64,000 nucleotides of DNA. Origin: Auanema rhodensis (lineage: Eukaryota; Animalia; Nematoda). The position numbers were made by a program, and so were the translations under genes. The notes below the pieces were generated by a model. The model had not been told where the DNA came from. It did not search any database and was given only the letters and a program-made list of their open reading frames with translations. The stretch covers positions 9,114,001 to 9,178,000 of the forward strand of contig OZ059896.1 of the NCBI GenBank assembly GCA_964057225.1. Direction: 5' to 3'. Of the stretch, positions 53,896 to 64,000 are shown piece after piece; position 1 is the first letter of the stretch, and every line of letters begins with the position of its first letter.

Positions 53896-56800
53896 GTTAT
53901 ATACTAAACTAAAATATTTATAGGAAGGTAATGCCACAAGCGAGAAATTCAAAATTGATGAGTCAACTGGTGAAATTATGTTAGCTCAACCATTAGATTA
54001 CGAAAAATCTCGGAGCCATGCGGTGAGTTTTTGTTTATTTTTGAGAAAAAATACAATATACTTAAAATGATAACACGAAGCAAAGTTACAAGAAATTTAA
54101 AGGAAATATTAACACGAATAGAAAAGCAAACGGCTCAAACTAAAAAGATTATAGTGTTAGCGACAATAAAAAAAGGTTACTTGTGAGCAAATAGAGCAGT
54201 ACAGAAAATCTTCGTTCTCGTTCAAGTGAGATGACTTGCAACATCATTCTATTGAAAAATTTTTTGTAAATTCCTTGATAAAATGAAAATATAAGGAATA
54301 GTGTAATCTTCTTTGACAAGCTTGTAAAGCCTTTCTATATAGTCCACGGCTAATTTTATATAATTTGAAATAAGTGTCTAAAGTGGATTGCAATAATTCA
54401 AAATGGACCATTTGGAACATTCATCATCAGGCTAATGAAAGTACATATTTCTGAATATGAGGAACACGACCTTTTTGGTAGCCAAAATCCTAAACTGGTC
54501 AAATTGCCTCTCAATCCACCTGATTTTTTGGTGATCTTTGTTGTGTTCAGTTAACTGGAAGAAAATTGTTTCAATTTTATGTAAGAGTGATGCTACAAAA
54601 TTCTGTTCTATTTTTATTTTTTGAGGTATAAAAGAGATTGGGTATTATATTCATGCTAAAGTTTATATAACTATATTTTAATACACTTGTAATGCTATCA
54701 TATACAATTTTTTTCTAATTAGTGAAATATGAGAGAAAACTACATATATATATATATTTTTTTATAATATTTTATCTCATTTATACTTTATTCATCACCC
54801 CCCACTCCCCACCCTTAACTGAAAGATGAGTCATAGTTAGCCCTGTGGTAAAATAAAAAATTATACACATGTATCATAATTTCTGATATGTGTTGATATA
54901 TTTGTTATGTTTTTTTTTCTTTGTTAGCCTAACATATTATTTTGTTTTCACTATTATATACTATAAAAATCTAAACATTTGCAATTAACCTGTGCAGTCA
55001 AACAAATCTGCTAAAGTTTTTTCTGTAAAAAAAAATATTTTTCTCGGGAACTGTATTTTCCCTGATCATGTCTTGTGCTTCTTTATTCCCTTTGAAGGTA
55101 AGGGAATGACCTTCTTCTGTTTATGTACATAAATAATCGAATGTATACATGAGCGGAACTTCTTTTTTTTTCAATATCTAACCAGAATTTCGAATGTTAT
55201 TTTTATAAAGAATTATAGTCTAAAAGCTGCGTTCCGAATTCTCATGCATACACATTCCATTTCATTCGATTTTTTAAAATTTTGGTTTTTTAACCTTAAC
55301 TTTCAACTCAATTTGTTAAATATCTTGTCTTAGCATTTCCACTTATTGTCTTTTCTTTCGCCATTCTTTAGTTGATCAACAGATTATTTTTTTTCTGCTC
55401 TCTATCTCAAACTTTGCACACTTACTTTCCAACAATTGATATTATCATACAAATAAATGTCCATCAATATCTATAAATTTGTTTTAAAATTTTCTTTTAC
55501 TTGGTTTTTATGAATGAACTGCTCATTTTTGCAACTTAAAACTTAAACATTTTTATGAACATTGACCAAATAACGCTTCGATTCACAAGTAGGCCTCTCG
55601 AGAAGATCGTCACTAGTATTTAGACGATGTGCCGATGTGTGTCTTCAGAAAAATCAAATATATGACTTCACCTTTTTAAAAATATGTCTGATGAACAGGC
55701 TAACCTGTTCACCTCTTATATAGAGTTATTTTAAATAAAAATTTCCGAACATGTTTCGAGATCTACTGATGATGTTATAATTCATAACACATCAGAAAAG
55801 AAGATGAATATTCACACGTTCAATACGTTAAAACCTGACTTTCAATTTATATTTTGACACTTCTCTGTTGGATGGATATCACTGTTGACATTTTATTTGA
55901 ATTTCATTTTGAAGATTATTTTTTTTTATTTGATCCGTTCAAAAAAAGAAAAAATGTGAATGGACAATATGATTACTCGATTGAAATACCAAAAATCAAA
56001 ACTAATCTTTGAATCTCCTCTTCATTTTCCTGGAATTCGTGTTCTTTGAATGATTTCATTGTAGAGATTTGTGCTTCCTTTCCCCATCTTTAGGAAAATG
56101 AAGGAAAAAAGTAGTAAAAACCGGAGAGCATTTTAGAGAAAAAACTGGTTGAACATCTTTAAAGCTTGAACTATATTATGCTTGAGAGCTTTCGTCATCT
56201 TGTGTACTATATTTTCTGTGTAGATTGGTCAGACTTTAATTGCTTCGCAAAGTCCAGCTTCAGTTTTTTACTCATTTTTAAAGTTTGCAAGACAAGTATT
56301 TGACAATATAAAATAAGAATGTGTGGTATAATGAGTTCTAATATTGCTCCTTTTTCTATCAGACCACCTGCTTTCTCGAAAAAATGTTAGAAATTTGATA
56401 TTCGTTACTGCTGAGTGAGATCTCTCGATCTTCAGCCAGTCACAATCCATCGCTTATTATCACTTTTCTGCTAGTTTTCAACTTATCCAGTATTGTTTTA
56501 AGCATTTCTCACTCGTTGTCAAGCATGATATATTACGTTTTGTAAACGCATGCTTCGTGGTTTTCGTAACATGTCATAGAGTATGAGTACGATTCACAAT
56601 ATGATTTGATCATATTTACTCTGATAACCACTTTCATAAAGTTAACCATAAGTCATCATAGCCCATCCAGTTTTCAAGCTTTTCATTTAAAAATTTTTTT
56701 CCGCACAGCCTACTCATGTTTGCTTACTATCAAATATACAAATACAGTTTATTCATATTCCCATATATATCGTTACTCTCATCATTTCTCCTCTTTGTTA

Positions 56801-59800
56801 ACAAACATTTTTATATTTTATTCTTAGATTGTCAGAAATTAATATTATGTTTACTTTATTTTTCTTAAAAATCTTTATGCATTCTTATGTTTCGTTTATT
56901 CAAAAAAAAAAAACGTTTTCTTTGTCTTGATGTCTTGTAACTTTTGATTCTTCAAGTGGTATCATGAAGAATTCTGATTGAGTAATCAAATCCGCTACTA
57001 GTCATGATGCTTCATTGATATCTAAGCATGTATTTACTCAATTTGACTATATTATATGTATCTTGTCATCAATTTCTTGTTAGCTTTCATCTCAAGTGGT
57101 AATTTTTCTACCTCACTATATCTCTCATTATCTAATCTCTCGCATTCTGTTCTTTCAACATACAGTTCGCCCTTCGACACCTGATTCTTCAATCATTTGC
57201 TTTTGCTTTACTTAGAATTCCAAATTTGTTCTTCAAACGGCATTAATAGCATCTGTCTTTCTATGCCATGTCTTTGAATTCGTTTGCCGAACTATTTGAT
57301 ATAGTTTCTATTCACTTCTATTTTTGTGAATTCATTCAAACTGGTTTCATCCTTTTTTTCATCTGTTGTAGATGTTTGCGGATTGTATGACACTCCAGCT
57401 GATTTTATCTTTTTTATTTCAAAAAACTCATCTCGAGAATATTTTTTGCAATTTTCATATGTTGACTTCTACTATATACAGTATTTTGCTTCTTCTTGTT
57501 CCGAAATGTTGTTTCATTCACATATTACAGACAAGGGTATGGAGAAACTAGAAAAACGGATCGGCCGTATCGTTAGCCGTTTACGTAATGTTCGTAAAAG
57601 TCGTCGTGATACGCAAAAGGATTGCGATATGGTAACATCCGTTTATTCGCCTTCTAGGCGTTCTACTTCTTCTGAAATTCGACCTCTTTCATTCCAATGT
57701 GGAGCTGATGATAACGATAACGTACCCGAAATTAAAGAAGCGACCAATCAAAAGCTCATGGAATTGAGTCAAAAAGCAATGGTTCGAATGATTGAAATGG
57801 GCCAAAAAACGAATCTACAAGTAACGAAGAAGAATCCTTTTGGAACTCTTCCTACCAAATTGAAGAAGAAGATGACGCGCGAGAAGAATGAGTTTGATGC
57901 AATGCCAGATGCATTGATACCTTTGCCTGTTTTAGTAAAGGAGCATGAAACAATAGAAATAACAATTGATATTCATGAATCTTACATCGATAACGATACT
58001 TCTATATCAACTATAGAATGTACTAATGATAACGAAAACTCTGTTGTTGAGCTTCATCGTCTTGGAAATGCTCTTCTTCGCTTAGATAATGAAAATTGCG
58101 AAGATGTTGTAGTGTCCAAAGAATACACAGATGAAGTTACTGAAGAGCCGGAAGACAGCATTACTCGGAAAACCTCATCAGATTTCCTCGAAGTACAGTA
58201 CATGTTACCAGAAGTTGAAAACATCCCGATGATTGACGATTTCCAAGAAATGGATCACTGTTCCTTTCGTAGCAATGCGATTAAAACGGAAGAAGCTGTG
58301 CTATCAGATATGGTAAATATGGAAGTTCAAGGAAACATTTTGGTGCAGCCTATATATGCTGTTCAACCTCATTACACACATGTACCTCTGAATGGTGTAC
58401 CGGTTACAATGGCATCTTCTGAATCTACTACTTGCGCTACTGATCTATATACTAGTACGGTTTCATGCTCTAGCGAGTTAACAACTACGAATATTGAAGA
58501 AGTTCAAGATGGACATCAGGATACTACTCAGAAACATGAAGATAATCATTCAGTTTCGAATGTAGAAATCCTACATATTGAACAGTCTAACTCGGTTGAC
58601 GAGGAGGATGGCTATGATCCTTCTGACGACATAACTTTGACTGCTAATGTGACTTCTCTTGGAATTGATATGACCGATGGCCAAGTGGAAAAAGCTTTGT
58701 CAGAAACATCAACAAATCGAACCTCATCAATCGAAATTGATGAAGTAGATGATTCTTTAAGTTCAGCTCCACTACCTCGTTTAAAGATTGAAGACGAAGA
58801 TCATCGGCATGATCTGGAATCACGAGAATCTGGATATATCTCCTCGCTATCGATGGGATCACCAAATAATTCATATTCGTTTTCAACTCAAAATCTGCAT
58901 TTGTTGTCACCTAAAATTCCCAGAACGCGTTACCGTCAAACCCACGAAGAAGGAATACGCGTGAAAGGACTACAACGAGCTACAACAGTTGAAAACTTGG
59001 ATGCAGTAAGGACAAGAGAAGAACTCATGTTTGATGATTTCATGAAGGATACTGTATGTAAAACCAAATACATCACAAGCATATTTGAAGTCAAAAATGG
59101 TGGAATGGAAGATATTGTGGATGATATTCTATGGGAAATATCTAAGAATATTAGTTCAAATAAGATGCTTGTAGCTGCTTGTGAACTTCATTTCTCTGTA
59201 CCAGTTGCACGAAGGAATCGGAAAACAGAGTACAGGCACGTGTTATAGTTTTTTATTTGCTACAATTCAAACACTAAGCTTATTTGCTTGTATAGCAAGC
59301 ATTTTTGCCATTATATTTCTTATTAAAATACTATAAAATGATTTATTCATTGAAATTATTTAATTTAATTAGTGCCATTTCATCTGAATATTTCAATAAC
59401 TTCTAAGACTATGGGATATGATCATCACCTAAATGAGACTTTTTTCCAGACTAAAGACTGGTCTTCTTTCAACATTGCGAATAAACAATCAGCGTTTGCT
59501 GAATTTACGTCGAGGCAATCGTTCTGCTCCTCTTCATCTTTTCGAATCTAATACCGACGAAAATATACGACTGAACAAAGATGTTCAGGCCACACAAGGT
59601 ATTTACCAAAAAAAAAGAAAAAAAAAGAAGAAGATGATGATGATGATGATGATGATGATGACTAAAAGAAAAATCATTCGAATCTTCTTCATCCCTCTTA
59701 TTCTATTATAACTTCAAACGGAATTATTCTTCTTAGGAATCTATCTACGTGTTTACAAGAAATTGCTGGATTATGCACATAGCGAAACAACGGAATTACA

Positions 59801-62282
59801 TCGACCATACTGGCAATTATCAACAGCTGCTGTTGAACATGGATATGGTGTTGATCTCTCTCCTCAACCACAAAAATTTTTATTTGATGATGATCAGAAA
59901 ATAGATGATTTAGCAAATGATACTCTTGTGGCTGTTAATATTATTGCACTTGCTTTCATGGGTCTCAGCTAGTTTTTTGAAATTTAAAAGAAGAGAAGAA
60001 AGAAATTCAAAATTAAATTATGAAATAACTCCGTCTGTATATGACATGTTATTATTTTGTTAAAATACAATTGTTATTGGAAATTCGATTCAATTTCTTA
60101 GATATCACTGCCAGTTCATTCGTTTTGCTCAATTAGTTATTATATAGATGAAGTTAATATCATATATAATAACTAAATATTATATTTTTGATACTTTGAA
60201 TTAATCAAACTGTTGTGAACCATGGGTTTTAACTTATATACATACATAGATATATATATTATAGTTTTTATAGTTTTATATATGTCGCTAACACGATAAT
60301 CATAATAAACATTTATAAAATATAAAATTTAGTAAATAATTTTATTTAATTTTAAAGTTAATCATCAAAGCTGAACATCTCTTATTAAACTCATCAAATA
60401 CACGATTATGGCGTGTTCAAGTTGAAAATGTTGATGATAATACTCCAGTATTCATTAATGTAAGTTTAATTAAAGTTTTTCTTCTTTTATTTAAACGAAA
60501 TTATCTTCTTAAGTCGTCATCACTTCTATTTACCCTGAGATCACTTGTACCTATTGGACGTTTAAGTGCATTTGATGCTGATGGTGATGCTGTATTCTAT
60601 CGTATTATTCCATCATGTAATAACTGATTCCATAATATTGAAAGAGAAAAGATTCTTTTTTAGGTTCTCCTTATTCAAAATATTTTACGATTGATGAAGA
60701 ATATGGTGAAATTACATTTAATCGTAAGGAAGATGATATTAAAGAACACCGTATTAATCTATGTGCTATAGCCAGGTTTGTTTACTATATGATATCATAA
60801 AAGAAATATTTGTCTTATGTTTTGTGTTCTTAATATATATTCTTTTCTCTCTATAGATCTCAGAAAACTCTCTTGGATCCTGAACTTCAATTTGATTCAC
60901 GAAGAAGCGATATGATACAATTCATAGTGGCTAAAGAACATGAGCAACAGTTTATAATTCCTGATATGACATCATATAACAATACAATAACAACTATAGG
61001 TAAATTAATTATTTTAAAGTTAATTATATAAAATTCTAAATAGATCCTCTGCTTCAACGAATTTCTATTCCCGTTAATATGCATTCATATCCTTCATCCC
61101 ATGGACATCTTAAGCTTAATTCATCAATTATTCGAGTTCAATATACACCGTAACATTCTAGATTACTGTAAAAAACTTATTTTTTACTTTTCATTAAAGA
61201 TGTGCTGATATGTTGCCGGCTACAACAACTAAAACAGCTCTGAATCAGCTATTTGTAATGGATGACGAGACAAATACAGTTCGAATTTCCCCAAAATTAG
61301 CTTCAGAACATGATGGAATATATAAAGTTTCAATAGCTACTGATAGTCCTAATGAAACTTATATGATCAATCAAGAGGTTTTCATATAATTCATATAACT
61401 ATATTATAATATTTATAATATTAAGTATCATTTGATTAATGCTGCACGTAAATCAAAATATGTATTTGATCTTCCTGCTTCTGAATTATCTCGAAACATT
61501 CGCGGTTTCCAACGGTGTGTTAATACCAATCTTATATGAATAATTGAAATATTTCAGAAGATTATCAACTGCTTTATCATCAGATCACCCTGATTTACCA
61601 ATGAGAATAGTTGTTGATAAACCAATGTCTATGAATAATAATAGAACAAGGTATTCTTATTAGTTTATTATAAATTATTTATAATATACTATTTGCAGAT
61701 CATTTGTATGCTTCCATACAGTTAAAGATGGCAAAATTGTGAGTCCTGAAGCCGCATTAGATTCATTATCCATCAATAATGTTGGATCTGTATCTCAATT
61801 AGCTCATCTTTACAGCAAATATCACATAATTGATATTCAAGTAATAATAATATCTTTTTAGAAATTTAAAAATATATATAAATATCTTCAGGAATGTGAT
61901 AGTGATCCGAAATATGTGTCTGCTGCATCAATTTTCTCTAATCCTTCATTGAATATGGTCACAATACTCATTTATCTAGCTATTTGTTCTCTTATCTTAC
62001 TACCTTTCGCTATAATTATCTATTTTTGTGTAGTAAGAAGATATCGTACATACATATCAACAAAAGAAAAAACATTAAAAGGTTTGATATGATATAGGAT
62101 TACTGTAAATAGTCATGTTTAAGCTCCATCCTCGGATGTTTCTCAATCTCCATCGCTTCAACCAACGCCTACTTTTCTACTTGCACCATCGACTGTAACT
62201 CCAATGTAAGTGTTCTTTTGGGAAAATAGCCCAAAAACTAAATTATTATTGTTTCAGGGGTCCAATCGGATATTGGGATTAA
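47998..62282 (+). CDS. Non-classical nematode cadherin (multiple cadherin repeats, single TM, short tail); more than 40 exons
   Basis: Signal peptide; Ca-binding motifs VNDVNDHVP, INDIDDNPP, LSDENDNTP, VENVDDNTP, LDRE, LDYE, AADEDIGPN and AFDADGD; TM VTILIYLAICSLILLPFAIIIYFCVV; tail ending MGPIGYWD* with no catenin-binding motif. Confidence 0.92.
53839..53892. repeat. (AT)n microsatellite inside a cadherin intron
   Basis: Seen directly. Confidence 0.95.
57539..59972 (+). CDS. Uncharacterised acidic, low-complexity protein (about 690 aa) nested in the cadherin intron on the same strand
   Basis: TTACAG acceptor 8 nt before ATG 57539. A 1.7 kb open exon runs to about 59229/59235, then phase-compatible exons 59450-59598 (LKTGLLSTLRINNQRLL...) and 59737-59972 (GIYLRVYKKLLDYA...AFMGLS*). 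Composition is clearly coding-like relative to the flanks. Confidence 0.8.
59625..59660. repeat. (AAG)3(ATG)9 trinucleotide repeat in an intron of the nested gene
   Basis: Seen directly; it explains the poly-K/poly-M run in ORF 59433-59711. Confidence 0.9.
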
Positions 62283-63001
62283 AGAAATCACATACATGTT
62301 TCTATGTCCTTTGAATAATATACATTTCTTATTTGTTATATTCTTTTTTTTTAATTTCAATTCAATCACCTCTTTCACCACATTTTGATAAACGAGGACG
62401 TGAAGAAGCTCAAAGTCGAAGTTTTGATAAAATTGATAAGACCATAAATTCTCGAAATCAGATAATAATTCATCACTTGTATTGTCAGGAGCTGAAAATA
62501 ATTTTGAATTACGATATTGATAATGAATTAAACAGCAAACATTTTATTTTTAATTAAAGAAAAGAAAGTTATTGATAAATACCCTGTAATAAGTAAAAAT
62601 TTGAAGAAAAAAATCATTCCTATATTAGCTAAATATATAAAAAATATGTAATTAGTATAATTTAGAGAAGAAAAAGCTTAAACTCTTATCTTAAATGTGA
62701 TAATAGTGTGAAAGGGGAAGTTGAAAATCATTGTTACTGACCAAAATACCAATAATCCTCATCAAATTTGAAACTTTAAACAAAAAAACTGAAGAAAATT
62801 TAAAAAAAAAACTAAAAAAGAAATTCAATATTCTTGATTTTAAGGTCAATAATAATAATTTCTTTTCAATTACATATATCGGAATCGGTTTTGTTCACCT
62901 ATACATAGACAATTGAAATTTGATATTAATCAAAATCAAATACAGCATGAAAAATCTCTCAAAGATTACTCAAAATTTGTTTTTTTTACAGTTTTTAATT
63001 C

Positions 63002-63996
63002 TCATTTAGTACTTAAAACTGCCATTTTAAGTTGCTGAATTTCTTGTTCCATATCAAGAATTGTATGTCTTAATTCTTCGTTTCTTTTGGACAATCCTTC
63101 TAATTCGCCATCAGATCGTCCACGAGCATCTCTTTGTCGCTTACGATAACGAGCAGCAGCTTCGTTATTCTACATATGAAATTATATTTGATATGAATAA
63201 CAATAGAATTTCGAAAAAACCTTTTGTCGTTTTCTTCTGAGAATATCTTCTGGATTTTCTTTTACTGGATGACATTCAGTAATAGATGATTGCATTAAAG
63301 CATTCACAACCATCTTTACAAGTCCTTCGATAAGATGGGTACTCTATAAGTAAATGTTTAATAAAAAAACAAATATTTATCTTTCTTTTTCAATTATTTT
63401 TCATACAAAATATATAATTAATTAATTAAATTTAAACTTATAAATATTTCAAAATTGTACTGGTTGTTTTCTTATTAATCCGCTATGGGTGCTACTTGTT
63501 TTATCATTTTATCATATACTGATTGCATATTTTTCAGCTTTTTCTCTGCTCAAAATGAAAAATTTGATCGTGTTTGCTCTCTCCTTATTACGTGATCTAT
63601 ACTAATTTTCATGTTTTCTTTATCGCACACATGAGCTATAATCGTAGTTGAAGCTGATCAACTACTGGAAAAATCACAAAGATCATTGTACAAACGATTT
63701 AAGTGCATGTCTATCTGTTTAAAAGGCTCTCGTACCATTCAGAATGACAGCTTTTTTGATAATTTGTGGTGTTGTATGTGCGATTTTGCAACGACTCTCA
63801 CCTGTAAGTCTGCAGGGTTCAAAGACAGTTGTGTTCTAGGGAAGATGTTTTGACCGTGTGCTGCTGCAGCCGGCATGTTAAGGTGGTGTTGTGGTGGAGG
63901 AATAGCAGCATAATTGGCTACAGGGTCAGGAGACATGGATGTGTAGCCGACGTCATGAGGAGAGTATGGTGGTGGAGAGAATGGTGTGCCATACAT
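63002..63996 (-). CDS. bZIP transcription factor, possibly 5'-partial
   Basis: Exons 63996-63802, 63343-63221 and 63169-63002. Basic region ILRRKRQKNNEAAARYRKRQR followed by the zipper ELEGLSKRNEELRHTILDMEQEIQQLK; Pro-rich N-terminus. Confidence 0.92.
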
Positions 63997-64000
63997 GTCT

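Noticed and set aside
57326-57538. N-terminal 71 aa of the 640-aa ORF
   Set aside because: T-rich intron/outron-like sequence upstream of the acceptor at 57530; the real start is probably ATG 57539.
62238-62491. Minus-strand TTTTCAG acceptor followed by an open frame of about 84 codons (PDNTSDELLSDFENLW…)
   Set aside because: It needs a phase-1 donor, but the bZIP donors are phase 0; it also runs through a poly-A tract into the cadherin's last exon. Unsupported without RNA data.

Overview
AT-rich eukaryotic DNA with many very short (about 33-55 nt) GT-AG introns. Splice-acceptor sequences lie just upstream of several start codons, consistent with SL trans-splicing. The gene content points to a rhabditid-type nematode; the taxon is inferred, not proven. 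I assembled ten spliced protein genes by hand. In order: a partial unknown gene, a small secreted 10-Cys protein that the ORF track misses, GFAT, the Pol II elongation factor ELL, two divergently transcribed LBP/BPI/CETP-family genes, an EFN-4-like ephrin with a 6.5 kb first intron, a large non-classical cadherin, an acidic orphan gene nested on the same strand inside a 6.3 kb cadherin intron, and a partial bZIP factor. There is also an intron-containing tRNA-Tyr(GTA) and several microsatellites. I found no CRISPR array, intact mobile element, rRNA or other hallmark of a wholly new system. The best leads are (1) the same-strand nested gene, (2) four consecutive frame-symmetric GFAT mini-exons with kinase motifs and nearby RBFOX/STAR splicing motifs, (3) the hidden Ly6/three-finger-like protein, (4) a proteoglycan-like insert in the cadherin, (5) a GC-rich, foldable island between the BPI genes, and (6) frequent AAG 3' splice sites. 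Exon boundaries are manual and may be off by a few bases.
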